The position numbers were made by a program, and so were the translations under genes. From contig CAVTRY010000012.1 in the NCBI GenBank assembly GCA_963737265.1, positions 1 through 64,000 on the forward strand: a stretch of 64,000 nucleotides of DNA. Reading direction: 5' to 3'. The DNA is from an uncultured delta proteobacterium. Lineage in GTDB: Bacteria > Myxococcota_A > Polyangia > Fen-1088. Every line of letters starts with the position of its first letter. Within the stretch, counting starts at the first letter, position 1. Below, piece after piece: positions 31,689 through 43,697 of this stretch. The notes below the pieces were generated by a model. The model was not told where the DNA came from and did not search any database. It was given only the letters and a program-made list of their open reading frames with translations.

Positions 31689-32606
31689 ATGGAGGTTGAA
31701 TTTCAACATCTGGATTTGCGCTACGAGCGGCTGCGCAAGCACCACCCTGCGCGCGAGCGGCAGTTGCTCGGATCGCTGGCCGACCACGGGCAGCAGGTGC
31801 CTATCGTGGTGGTGCGTGGCCCGGGCGAGATGCGTGTGGTGATCGATGGGTACAAGCGGGTGCGGGCGCTACAGCGGCTGGCGCGGGACACGGTGTGCGC
31901 GACGGAATGGTCGGTGTCGGAGCCAGAGGCGCTGATCGTGGAGCGGGTGATGCGTGCCACGAGCGGCGAGGACGCGCTGGAGCAAGGCTGGCTTCTGCGC
32001 GAACTGGTCGATCGATTTGGGCTCGGCCAGGAGGAGTTGAGCCGGCGCTTCGACAAGAGCAAGAGCTGGGTGAGCCGGCGGCTAGCGCTGGTCGCGGCTT
32101 TACCGACGGCGATCCAGGACACCGTACGCCAGGGGAAACTGGCGGCACACGCTGCGATGAAGTACTTCGTGCCGTTGGCGCGCGCCAACGAAGAAGTGGC
32201 GGTGTCTCTGGCGGCAAAAGCGGCGACGCTGCGACTGAGCACGCGGCAGGTGGGCGCCTTGTACGTGGGCTATGTCTCTGGAAGCGCGCGAACACGCGAG
32301 CTGGTGTTGCAAGACCCGCGGATCTTTCTGCGCGTGCAACAGGAGGCACAGCAGAAGAAGGACGCGCCCCAGGGGCCGGTCAAGGAGATTGAAGGCGAAT
32401 TGGGTGCGCTGGGCGGGATTGCCCGCCGACTGCACCGGAAGCTGCAACAGGGGCTGTGGCGCAATCTGGATCCCTGCGAGCACGAGGAAATCAGGTCGCA
32501 TGTGCAGCGGGCGCGTGCGGATGTGCAGACGTGCCTGGCGAATTTCGACGAGGAGCAAAGTGATGCTGGACCAGAACACGCGAACGTCGATTCTCAAGCT
32601 TCGTGA
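31689..32606 (+). CDS. ParB/Srx-domain HTH protein
   Basis: GQQVPIVV, VIDGYKRVRAL, HTH QEELSRRFDKSKSWVSRRL. Confidence 0.82.
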   Translation: MEVEFQHLDLRYERLRKHHPARERQLLGSLADHGQQVPIVVVRGPGEMRVVIDGYKRVRALQRLARDTVCATEWSVSEPEALIVERVMRATSGEDALEQGWLLRELVDRFGLGQEELSRRFDKSKSWVSRRLALVAALPTAIQDTVRQGKLAAHAAMKYFVPLARANEEVAVSLAAKAATLRLSTRQVGALYVGYVSGSARTRELVLQDPRIFLRVQQEAQQKKDAPQGPVKEIEGELGALGGIARRLHRKLQQGLWRNLDPCEHEEIRSHVQRARADVQTCLANFDEEQSDAGPEHANVDSQAS

Positions 32607-33993
32607 AAAGGGGCACGGCACGCGCAAGATCGCCCGTGCGCTCGGGGTCTCGCGAAAAGCGGTGTGCCGGGTGATCGAAAGTGGAGACGCGGCCGTGCCC
32701 ATGATCGAGCGACGAGAGCTGGCCGAGCCCTACCGGGAGCAAATTCTAGAACTGCACGCCGCATGCAAAGGACATCTGGGGCGGGTCCACGAGGAGCTGG
32801 TGAAACAGGGCGCGACCTTATCGTACCAGGCCCTGACGGGATTCTGCCGTCGCCACGGGATTGGGTACGAGGCGCCGTTGCCGGCTGGGCGCTACGAATT
32901 CGCACCTGGGGAAGAAATGCAGCACGACACTTCACCCCACCGGGCGAAGATGAAAGGCGTGCTGGTCGAAGTAGAGACGGCATCGCTGGTGCTGTGCTAC
33001 TCGCGCATGCTGTATTTCCAGATGTATCCGCGCTTTCGGCGCTTCGAGTGCAAGGTCTTTCTGACCGACGCGCTCGGGTATTTTGGCGGCGCCGCCGGCC
33101 GGTGCATGATCGACAATACGCATGTGGTGGTGCTCAAGGGGACGGGCAAGACCATGGTGCCGGTGCCGGAGATGGTGGCTTTGGGCCAGCGCTTTGGCTT
33201 TGTCTTCGCGGCCCACGAGGTGGGTGATGCCAATCGCTCGGCCCGTGTCGAGGGGCCGTTCAACTGGATCGAAAACAATTTTCTCAACAACCGCGACTTC
33301 AACGACTGGGAGCACCTGAACCGGGAAGCCACCGCCTGGTGTGACAAGGCCAACGCCACCCACAGCAGCAAGCTGCACGGAACCCGGCGCGAGCTCTTCG
33401 CGGTGGAGCAGCCTCGACTGCGACCGCTGCCCATCTTCGTCCCCGAGGTGTACCAGTTGCAGCACCGCTTTGTGGATGTGGAGGGCTACGTGCGCATCAA
33501 CCGCATTCGCTACTCCGCCCCGTACCAGCTCATTGGCCGGCTTCTGGAAGTGCGCGAATTGAAAGATCGGGTCGATGTCTACGATGGCCCTCGGTTAGTG
33601 GCCACGCACCGTCGGGTCCACGGTCCCCTGGATATCCGCGTGACCGATCCGGCGCACCGGCCGGAACGAGGCAGGCTAAAACCCGCCGCGGGACCGCCAC
33701 CCGAAGAAACCGCGATCCTTTCACGCGAGCCAAGGCTCTCCGCCTACGTGGCCGCATGCAAGCAACACGTCGGCGGCCGTGGTGTCCTGGTGTTGCGACG
33801 GCTGCTAGGCATGCTGCGCGAGTACCCGCGCGAGCCCTTGCTCGCGGCTGTCGAACGCGCCCAGCAGTACGGCCTCTATGACCTGGGCCGGCTCGAACGC
33901 CTGGTGCTCGAACAGATCCGGCGTGACTACTTCGTGATGGACGGCCTGTTGCCCGGTGAGAACGACGACGAGGAGAACGACGATGACCGATGA
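32563..33993 (+). CDS. istA: IS21-family transposase
   Basis: N-terminal HTH, PGEEMQHD, YSR, IDN, RYSAP motifs. Confidence 0.9.
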   Translation: MLDQNTRTSILKLREKGHGTRKIARALGVSRKAVCRVIESGDAAVPMIERRELAEPYREQILELHAACKGHLGRVHEELVKQGATLSYQALTGFCRRHGIGYEAPLPAGRYEFAPGEEMQHDTSPHRAKMKGVLVEVETASLVLCYSRMLYFQMYPRFRRFECKVFLTDALGYFGGAAGRCMIDNTHVVVLKGTGKTMVPVPEMVALGQRFGFVFAAHEVGDANRSARVEGPFNWIENNFLNNRDFNDWEHLNREATAWCDKANATHSSKLHGTRRELFAVEQPRLRPLPIFVPEVYQLQHRFVDVEGYVRINRIRYSAPYQLIGRLLEVRELKDRVDVYDGPRLVATHRRVHGPLDIRVTDPAHRPERGRLKPAAGPPPEETAILSREPRLSAYVAACKQHVGGRGVLVLRRLLGMLREYPREPLLAAVERAQQYGLYDLGRLERLVLEQIRRDYFVMDGLLPGENDDEENDDDR

Positions 33994-34711
33994 CCTCGAC
34001 CAACTGCTCAAGCTGCTGCGCCTCAAGGGGATGTCCGAGATCCTCGACGAGGAAATGCGCAAGGCCGACAAAGAAAGCATGCCCTTTCGCAAGCTGCTGG
34101 CGCGTCTGCTGCGCGCCGAGTGGCAGCACCGGCAAGAGAGCGCGCTGGCCTGGAGGATCAAACACGCGGCCATGCCCGAGAAGTGGAGCATCGAGTCCTT
34201 CCCCTGGAAGAGCCAGCCTGGCGTCAACCAGCGGCAGATCCGCACCTTCGCTGACCTGGACTTCATCCCCAAGGCTGAAAACATCGTGCTCATTGGTCCG
34301 ACCGGCGTGGGTAAGACCGGGCTGGCGTGTGGTCTTCTGCTCAAGGCTCTGCACAATGGCCATTGCGGCGTCTTCGTGCGCGCGCAAGATCTCTTCGACG
34401 AGATGTACGCATCCCTGGCCGACCGCTCGACGCGCAAGCTGCTCAAGTACCTGGCGCGCATTGATGTATTGCTGATTGATGAAATGGGCTATTTGAACGT
34501 GAAGCCCGAGCAAGCCAACATCTTCTTCAAGTTGATGGAAGAACGGTACCGTCGCTTTCCAACCATCATCACCACCAATCTTGATTACGACGATTGGTAC
34601 AGCTTCCTGGGCAATAAGCCCCTGGTCGAAGCACTGCTCAGCCGCTTGCGCCACCAGTGCCACACGGTGAAGATCGACGGCCCCTCCCTGCGCACGCCGG
34701 CCGCCCCCTGA
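33983..34711 (+). CDS. istB: IS21 helper ATPase
   Basis: GPTGVGKT, LLIDEMGY, IITTN. Confidence 0.93.
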   Translation: MTDDLDQLLKLLRLKGMSEILDEEMRKADKESMPFRKLLARLLRAEWQHRQESALAWRIKHAAMPEKWSIESFPWKSQPGVNQRQIRTFADLDFIPKAENIVLIGPTGVGKTGLACGLLLKALHNGHCGVFVRAQDLFDEMYASLADRSTRKLLKYLARIDVLLIDEMGYLNVKPEQANIFFKLMEERYRRFPTIITTNLDYDDWYSFLGNKPLVEALLSRLRHQCHTVKIDGPSLRTPAAP

Positions 34712-34736
34712 CCTCGATCCCGAGAGCACCGCAGCC

Positions 34737-34949
34737 ATGAGCCCCAGAACACTGCCGCACATCGTCTCCTTCGCCATCCCCGCCATCGAGCCACGCCAGG
34801 CCGAGGCACTCATGGACCTGCTCGGACAACTACAGGCCGCACTGTGGGATGCATACGGTGAAGCCATCCTCGCAACCGCGGACGACCCTCTCCAAGACAT
34901 CGACCAAGACGAGCCCACGTCAGATCCCGGCGACGCCTCGCCTTTCTGA
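34737..34949 (+). CDS. Small acidic-tailed hypothetical protein inside the element
   Basis: 70 aa ORF following istB, before the right IR. Confidence 0.5.
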   Translation: MSPRTLPHIVSFAIPAIEPRQAEALMDLLGQLQAALWDAYGEAILATADDPLQDIDQDEPTSDPGDASPF

Positions 34950-35363
34950 CCCGCCCTTGTCCCGCCATCGCTTGGCTGGGTGACAACCGCTGGCCTCGCC
35001 ACGCGCCGTCGCTGCGTCCGTCTTTCACGTCCACGTGTCCATTCCCGGCCGCGATCGCAGTACCGATCTCTGTTTCGCCCAGGGCCTCTTTCTGCGGAAC
35101 GAGACTGGCCTCCTCCTGCGGAGCGGCTCAGCCGGCGGGAGAGGCGCCAGCGGTGGCCGCTGCCAACAAGCGGGCCAGGAGCGGATCCTTCTCGCCCATG
35201 GTTTCGTCGGTGACGACGGTGACCTCACCGTCGCCGGGGGCGGTGACGAGGGTGATGACCCCGCGACGCTTTAGGAAGCGGAGGATGCGCTTACTGGCGC
35301 GCGCGACGATGCAGGCTTCCGTCCGCGCGTCTGCGGGCCACGTCGATGACGGTCAAGGCGAGC

Positions 35364-35720
35364 ACACCGTCTGCCCTCGCTGCAAAACACCTCTGCGCCT
35401 CATCGCCATGATCGAGACCGAGGACACCATCAAGAAAATCCTCAAGGCCATGGGCCTGCCCACCTGTGCGCCAAAACTCTGGCCCGCACGACCGCCTCCC
35501 TCGCAATCTGGTGGCGAGGGCGGAGACTGGCTGAACTGACGGCACGTCGACAAGGGCGGGATCGAGTAGACTGCCTCGCGTGCTCGAAAACGCTCGAAAA
35601 CGCCCCGTCAGGCCCCAGAAACCCGGTCAAGTTCGCTGCGCGGTCGTGATAGGTCCCCACCTGATGCGGTCCGGCATGGTTCTCCGACGCTCAGAAAACC
35701 CCTTTGATTCGACTATGGTC
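35364..35720 (+). mobile_element. IS91/ISCR-like 3' end (copy F), inverted copy of 30283-30639
   Basis: 357-bp inverted match ending CTATGGTC. Confidence 0.9.
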
Positions 35721-36240
35721 CTGCCCAGGTTGGTCACGTTTACACCCACGATGGTGCGCGGGCCGCCCATCTCCGAACCGGCAACCGCGTACTGCACGTT
35801 GTATCCGGGGCGGAAGCCGCCATCGCCCATCTTCATCACCCGGGCCTCGGCGTCAGTCGTCGACGCGCGGGCAGGTGAGTCCGACGGTGACCGGTGCGAC
35901 TGAAGCTCCGTCACCGTCGCGATCGCGGCCTCCACGCGACCCTCATAGTCCCTGGCCGCCGCCGCCCGCGCCGCATGCTGAGCGCGCGTGTACTCCGGGT
36001 CGTCCGCCGCGGCCAGCACCGCCTTCAGGTGCAGCTTGGCCTGCTGCCGGCATTGCAAGAGCGAACCGTAGCTCCGAAACGGCGGTGCGCTGGCCGCCGC
36101 TCGTGTCCGCGTCCCATCCTGTGCTACCACCGCCAGTGACAGCAGCCCCTGGTTCATCAGTGTCGCCAGGACGTTGGTCATCAATTCGTTGAGCGCCTCC
36201 CCGTGCCCTACGCGAAAACGCGACAGCGTCTGGTGGCTGA
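35721..36240 (-). pseudogene. Internal fragment of an IS1182-like transposase
   Basis: HQTLSRFR, QDGTRTRA, STTDAEARVMKMGDGGFRPGYNVQ; no ends. Confidence 0.75.
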
Positions 36241-36697
36241 GCGCTCTTTGGCTGGCACCCCGGTGCAGATTTCATCCGCGAGGGCAGCGTACTGCGCCGC
36301 CGATGTCTTCGCATTCGTTCCTGCAGCGCCAGTCTCGGCGTAGGCCGCAGCCCCCAGAGGGCTAGCAACGCCGACAACAACTAGCGAGAGCAATGTCCTT
36401 ACTTTAGTAGTCATGATGAATTCTCCTAGCTCCAGCCTTCTTTCGAGGCTGTGGATAAGACTCGTCAGCCGGATTAAAGGAGCGTTAAAACGCGATCGTG
36501 TGACGCCTCCTTATTGAGGCTGTCGACGCGCGGACAGATTTCTTCCCCTCGCCACCGGGTGGGCTCCTGGCACCCGGTGATGCTGGTGAAAATGGCACCC
36601 TCGGTCACCGCTGCGCCGCTGGCAACAGGCAATGGCCCAAACAGGAGAAACTAGGTCGTCTCCTCGGTGGAAAGACCCTCCACCTCGTGCACCCGCA

Positions 36698-39600
36698 TTA
36701 CCCTTTCGGGTTGCGCGGGGAAGGAGGCAGGTCCGCAAGCAACTGTTCGAGCTCTTCGAGGCTGGGTGGCTTGGCAAGATGCCGTTCGAACCCAGCCTGG
36801 GCCGAGCGCTGCTGGTCATCCGGGCTGGCGTACCCGGTCAGGGCCACGAGGAAGACTCCCTTGAGCGCGGCCTCAGCGCGGAATAGCCGCGCCACCTCGT
36901 AGCCATCCATCCCAACCAACCCGATGTCGCAAAGCACGACTTCCGGTTTGAATTCGCGCGCTCTGGCGATGCCCTCCGATCCCGTAGAAGCGATCGTAAC
37001 CTCGTGTCCACCTAGCTCGAGCGCCTCTCTCAGGCTTTGGGCGGAATCGACATTGTCTTCAATGATTAGAATTCGACGCCTGGAATGGGGCTCGGTCGGA
37101 GGGGAGGCGCTACCCGGCCCAGTTCCGGACGCTTCCCGCTCGATCGGTAGTCGCACCGTGAACTCGGCACCGGTTTCCGCACCATCGCTGTTGGCTGTCA
37201 CGGTGCCGCCGTGGAGCTCCACGAGTCCCTTGACGAGGGCGAGCCCCAGACCTAGGCCGCCTCGGCTACGGTCGAGCGTCCTGTCAGCTTGGATGAATGG
37301 CTCAAAGAGATGCGGCAGCATCTCAGCGCCTATTCCAACGCCGGAGTCGCGAACGCGGATGACTGCCACCCCTGCGACAAGATCCTTCTCGACCGAGATC
37401 GAAGTCTTTCCGCCCCGGCCCGTGAATTTGGAGGCGTTTTGCAGAAGATTGCCAATGACCTGCACAAGACGGGCCCCGTCGCCCTTCATCCAGATACGAT
37501 CCTCGGTAATCTGGACGTTAAGCTCCACTTCGTTTTGCGTGAACAGCAACCGATGATCCTCGACGGTGCGCCGAACCAGTTCGCAGAGCTCCAGCCGCTC
37601 ACACTGCAGACTGACCTTGCCCCGAGAGATCCGAGTCGTGTCGAGGAGGTCATCGATCAACCGAGTCATATGAGTCGTCTGCCGATCGATGATTCTGTGC
37701 GCCCGTTGCGCTTGTTCGCTACCTGGGACCGCTCGGTCCAGGATGTAGAGGCTGTTGCGGATGGGCGCAAGGGGGTTGCGCAGTTCATGGGAGAGCATGG
37801 CAATAAATTCGTTCTTGCGCTTATCAGCCTCCTCAAGGCCACACCGCGCTTCGACATGCTGGGAAGCGAGCGACGCTACGGCGGCGAGCTGTCGCAAAAA
37901 GGTCTCGTCTTCTTCGGTAAAATCGCCTTTCTCCTTGTCGGTTACCAGGATCATCCCATTCGTCCGCCCACGAATGTCCACCACACGTGCGCCGAGCAGT
38001 CCGCGCATGGGAACGTGCTCATCCGGCAACCCCCACCAGCGGGGATCTGCGCGCATCTCTGCGTCGGTAAGACGGATGCTCTCGGCGGCGCCTGCGACAA
38101 GCTCCGAATAAACGCCGCCCTTTTCGATCAAGAATTTCTTGCTTGGGGGACAGTCAGGCGTTCCCGTTCTCCGCGCCGAACTGCCAATGACAAATTGGCC
38201 ACCTACATAGCCATGGCCCACGACCGCGCTGCGTGCCCCGGTCAGTCCGAGCGCCGCTGTTGCGACCGTTTGGAGCATGCCATCGAGGGTCGTTTCGCGC
38301 ATTACCCCAAGCGAGTTTTCGACCAGGCGGTGAAGGCCCAGGCGTGAACCTTCGAGGGCAAGTTCGGCATTTTTGCCTTCGGTGATGTCGTGTATCACCG
38401 TCAGAACGAAGTTCTCCCCGCCGATGTCCACCCGATCGAGATTGATCGATAGAACGAGCCGGGCGCCGGATTTCGTGAGGCGTGAACATTCGAAGGCGCG
38501 GACCAAACCGCGCTGCTGCAGCTCGGCAGAAACACGTGTTTGCGACTCGACGTCAGCGATGCCGAGTTCCAGGCTGGTCTTTCCGAGAATCTCCTCGCGG
38601 GCACACTCGAACAGTCTCAAGAAGGCATCGTTGGCGCTCACAATGGTGCCATCCGCAAATTTCGTCAGCGCAATGGCGAACGGTGCATTATCGTGAATTG
38701 CAGAGAACCTTTGTTCGCTTTCCTGCAGTGCCTGCGTTGCGTGCTTGCTTTCGGTAATGTCTCGGTCCGACTCGAGGACGCGCTCGACGCCGTCGTCGCC
38801 CCGTACGAGTTGAAGCTTCGCCGAAACCACGACCGTCTGGCCGTCCTTGGTCTGGTTCGTGAGATCGCCGCTCCAACGTCCGTGTTTGCGCAGCGCGGTC
38901 TCGATTTCCGAGTTAGGGCATGGGTGAACCGTGTGTAGCAGTTCGTGCACCGCTTGTCCTCGGGTCTCCTCGATCGCGAAGCCGTAAAGCTCCTCGGCTC
39001 CGCGATTCCAGGTCTCGATACCGCCATCGAAACGCCGGACGAAGACGGCATCGGGCGAGAGCTTGAGGAGTTGGCCGTAGCGACGCTCGGCCTCCTCGGA
39101 GCGCAGTAGACCAGTGACATCTACAAATGTTAAGCCAACACCTGCAAGGCTGCCGTTCTGGATACGATACGGCAGGATGCGCATGAGAAACCAATTCTCG
39201 TCGTCGGTTGCCCGAATGTGCCGTTCGATGCCTTGTTCGGTCTGTAAGACGGTCTCAGCATCCGCGAACAGACTCGGGTGATGCACGCGGGGCGAGAGGT
39301 CGCTGATAGGACGTCCCACGTCACCCTCAACGAGGTGAAAGAGCGCAGTTGCTGCCGGCGTGAACCTCACGACGCGTAAGCTGCGATCGAGAAAGATGGT
39401 TGCGATCTTCGAGCTCGCCTGGTGGCTCTGCAGGTCGCTCTGGGCGATGTCGAGCGCCTGCATCTTCTCGCGCAGCTCATCGTTGACGGTTTGCAACTCT
39501 TCGCGCGAGCTTTGCAGTTCCTCGTTGGCGGATTGCAGTTCCTCGTTGGTCGAGAGCAACTCCTCGTTGGTGGACTTGAGCTCTTCGTTTGACGTTTCGA

Positions 39601-42600
39601 GGTCTTCGGTGAATGACTGGAGATCGGCGCGTATGGTGCGGTTCTCGTCCTCAAGTTGTTCGATGAGAAAGCGGTCGCGGCCCGGTCGTGTCTCGCCCGT
39701 GCTCTCGACATCGGGCACGACTTCGCTTTCTTGTAGCACCACCACATAGAGACCGGCGTCGGAAGGAAGACCGGGCAATGGTCGCACGGTCAGGCACAAG
39801 TGGCGAGCGTCGCCGCTCGTGTCGATAGGATCGACAGGGACATTCCTGCGCACGACGGGCAGTCGAGTCTTCGCGGCAGCCGCAAGGGCGGTGCGCAGTT
39901 CGAGACGCAGGCCGGTTTGCACCTGGTCGAGCAGGTTGTTGGTCGGCGCACCCTCGCGGGCTTGCAAGCAGCGGCTCGTTCTGCCCGCGAGATACAGGAT
40001 CTCGCCGCGCTCGTTCACTACAACGCAGGGCGGGGCATACTCCTCGCGAATCATCTTCTCTAAGGATTGGCTGAGCATCGGCAGCTGGCCGAGTGATCCC
40101 GCCTTCAGGGAGGACGTTGCCGAAACGCCCCGGGAAGGAGAGAGGCCGCCCAAAGGAAACTCGGGTGCCCGGACCAGTGCCTCCTTTCGACGAAAGAGCC
40201 GATGCTCGTGACTTACCTGGGTGAATAGGTCGTCGTGGGCCGCAAGGTCTTCCGATGGCCCGAGAAGGAGACATCCACCGGAGCGCAACGCGAAATGAAA
40301 CAGCGGCACCAGTTTCTTCTGCAGATCGGCGCTCAGGTAGATGAACACGTTTCGGCACGAGATAAGATCAAGGAAGAGAAAAGGTGGATCCTTGATGAGG
40401 CTATGCACCGAAAACGTGCACATATCCCGGAGCTCCTTCGCAACCAGGAAGGTGTTCTCCTCTCGGACGAAAAAGCGTTCAAGGCGTTCGAGAGAAACGT
40501 GCTGGCGAATCTCGTCCGCGTAGCGGCCATGCCGCGCGGTCGCCACGAGCTCGCTGTCGATATCGGTCGCGAAGATTTGGACCGCTCGCGATGATTGTTT
40601 GCGCGCAAGGTATTCGCGCGCGAGTATAGCTATCGAATAGGCTTCCTCGCCCGAAGCACAGCCTGGAACCCAGATGCGTGCGGGTGTGTTCGGATCGCCG
40701 CTTTCAAGGATCGCCGGGAGGCAAAGTTGTGCGAGGGCTGAAGTGGACCCCAAAAATGGGACCAGGAGCTAAGGTGTAGTCCGCCTCAACAACGAGGCAG
40801 GACACGATGAAAACGAACCGCCAAAAGCACACAGCACTCTTCAAGGCGCAGGTAGCTCTCGAAGCCATGCGGGAGCAGGCAACGGTTGTGGAGATCGGGC
40901 GCCGATACAAGATCAACCCGAACCTGGTTCACAAGTGGAAGAAGGAAGCCGTCACACGGCTGGCCATGGTTTTCGAACCAGGCCATGCAAATGCAGAGGA
41001 ATCGGCGAACGCCGAACGCGAATCGGAATTGCTGCGCAAGGTGGGGCAGCTGACGCTGGAGAATGATTTTTTAGCACGCGGGCTCGCGCGCATTCGCTGA
41101 CGGAGAAGCGCGCCATGATCGAGCCCCACAACGACCTATCTGTCCGTCGGCAGTGCGAGCTGCTGAATCTTGCGAGATCGGGCATCTACTGGGAGCCGAT
41201 GCCGATGGCAGAGGAAGATCTGGCCATCTGCAAGGAGCTGGACAAGCTGCATCTCGAATTGCCAGCATTCGGCAGCCGGAAGCTGTCACGGTTGCTAAAG
41301 GCACAGGGGCAGACGGTGAATCGCAAACGGGTGCAGAGACTGATGCGAATCATGGGCATCGAAGCGCTGGCGCCCAAACCACGGACGACCGTCCCCGCGC
41401 CGGAACATACGAAATTCCCGTACTTGCTGCGCCATCTCGCGATCATTCGGCCCAATCAGGTGTGGGCCTCGGATATCACGTACATCCCGACGAGACAGGG
41501 GCATTGCTACCTGGTCGCCGTGATGGATTGGTACACGCGCCGGGTTCTGTCCTGGCGCATTTCAAACACGATGGACAGCCGTTTTTGCATCGAGGTCGTG
41601 GAAGAAGCTCTTGCGAACTTCGGCTTGCCGGAGATCTTCAACACCGACCAGGGGTCGCAGTTTACCGACGACAACTTCACATCGGTTTTGCTGGACAAGG
41701 GCGTAAAGGTCAGCATGGACGGTCGCGGCCGATTCATGGACAACATCTTCGTCGAGCGTCTATGGCGGTCTGTCAAATGCGAGGAGGTCTACTTGAACGA
41801 CTACCGAGACGTGGCCGACGCCCGCAGTGGCATCGCGATCTACCTGGACAAGTACAACCACAGGCGGCCTCACCAAACCCTTGGATTTCAGACACCCGTA
41901 GCGTTTTACGAATTCGAACTAAAGAAGTCGGCGATGAAAGAGGCCGCCTAAATCGCCGCTGCATCATGCTGATGGCACGCTGCCCACAACTGCAACGCGT
42001 TCACCTGCTTCTGTGGGGCCGTGCGCGCATTGCATCCGTGGACAGCAGCCATCAGCATGCCTCCGCTCTCAACAATTTCCTTGCCGGCGAGGCTCACCCG
42101 GATCTACAAACAAACCCACGCGGACTCTCTCTTAGCTCGGGCCATTTCTGGTCCTACCAAAGGGGTCCACTTCAGGCTTCGAACGCGTCCGCATCACGAA
42201 AGAAGTGCGTAACGCCGATCGAGAGATCCCGGACCAGCGCTTCCGCCTCTGCCACTTCCCGATCGAGGCGCTTGACGTAGTCGACGACCGAAGTAGCGTT
42301 TTGGATCCGGACACGTCGTCCGATTCGGCGAACCAGCGTGCCTTGCTTGTAGCGACCGAAATCGTGCCCCGTTTGCCGCAGCAAGATCTCACAGATGATT
42401 TGCAGGTGCGTAGTGATCTCGGCGTCGAACTGCTCAGCTGCCCCGCGCTGGTCCTCGGCCAAGTTGTGTGCGTGGGCCAGCAGGCGCGCAGGCATCTCCT
42501 CGACGAGCAGGGCATCGTCCACAAGCCCAGCTGCAATCGCGCTTTCCGGCATGCCCTCGTACTTGGCGGACTCAGGAGCTTGAGCGAGGGTCATGCCCCC

Positions 42601-43101
42601 GTGGTCCTTGATGGCGCGCAGGCCGCTGGTGCCATCGGTTCCGGTTCCCGACAGAACGATCCCGACAGCCGCCTCGCCTTGATCTTGGGCAAGGGAGCGA
42701 AAAAATGCATCTACTGGCGCGCGCACGCCAGCCTCGGCTGGTTTGGTGACCTTGAGGACGCCTCGCTCCAGCATTAGCACGGCATTCGGCGGGATCACAT
42801 AGACGTGGTTGGGACGAGCCCGCACGCCTTCCTCTGCCTGTTCGACGGGCATCTGCGTATACTTGCCAAGCAGCTCAGCGAGCACACTGGGATGGTGACG
42901 TTCGAGATGCTGGACAACCACGAAGGCGATCCCGCTGTCCTCGGGCACGTGGGCGAAGAACCGCTTCAGCGCCTCCAGCGCCCCCGCAGAGGCGCCGATG
43001 CCAACGAAGAGGCCACGCAGTGACCCCGGATTGGCCGTCCGCAGGTCGCTCGAACCGGATACCGTTGAGGGCCCTTTCACTAGAGCCCTTCGGTGCGCCA
43101 T
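36698..43101 (-). pseudogene. CheB/CheR-PAS-GAF-histidine kinase-receiver fusion split by IS3
   Basis: GIGASAG (CheB), WVPGCASGEEAYS (CheR), HELRNPL, GLGLGL, CDIGL. Halves rejoin at TSD GGC. Confidence 0.9.
40739..42174 (+). mobile_element. IS3-family element copy 3, intact (orfA 40807-41100, orfB 41115-41951)
   Basis: 1436 bp, IRs, TSD GGC. T TTT TTA -1 slippery site at 41067-41073. Confidence 0.96.
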
Positions 43102-43697
43102 GGTCGCAACGGTTTCATGTGTTCTTACCTGACTGGCCGCGAACAAAAGCATTCTGGATCCCTGGTGCGCAAAAGCAATGCCCGCGAGATAAAAGAAGAA
43201 GTTGTCCTCAGAATCGTGGACTATTTCTAGGCTGTAAACGAAACCACACGAGCGCGTGACCACGTTTGGCCTTCGCCGGAGCATTGCTGCCTCCAGTTCT
43301 TCAGAAACCAGGAAGATCTTCCCTTCGCTCCGCCGTTCTGGAGTCACACTTCCATAGGTTCTTTAGCTTTAGACAGTGATGGACCCCACTCCCTGCAGCC
43401 GACCTCGCCTGCGTGGCCTGCTTGCAGCCTGGACTGCTCTGCAAATCGTCCTGCTAGTCAGCACTTGCTGACCCAGACTCCGACATTGAGACCAGAATCT
43501 GGAGCTCCGAAGAAGGATCCCGCTATGGGTGGCACCGACTCGGGCAACCTCGCCACGGCCACGGTGATGTGATCGGTTCCGGGCGCATCAAGACCAATTC
43601 GGCAAACGTTGTGCCCCAGGGTCCGGGCGATATGTTCCGCAGAGTGAGCCATCCTGTTTGTCCTTGGCCTCCAGATTACCACGCTCCCGCGGGTAAC

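Larger units (their letters stand above)
31133..35131 (+). mobile_element. IS21-like element with passenger genes
   Basis: Imperfect IRs CTGAGGCGCTTTTGAGGAAGAG / CTGAGCCGCTCCGCAGGAGGAG. Exact 8-bp TSD CCGGCGGG. Confidence 0.85.
30283..35315 (-). mobile_element. IS91/ISCR-like 3' remnant (copy E) interrupted by an IS21-like element
   Basis: GFNLHA, KYILRPP, ...GGDWLN. The segment ~35140-35315 (IVARASKRILRFL...AGASPAG) rejoins in frame to PAHKRAP after removing the insert. Confidence 0.88.
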
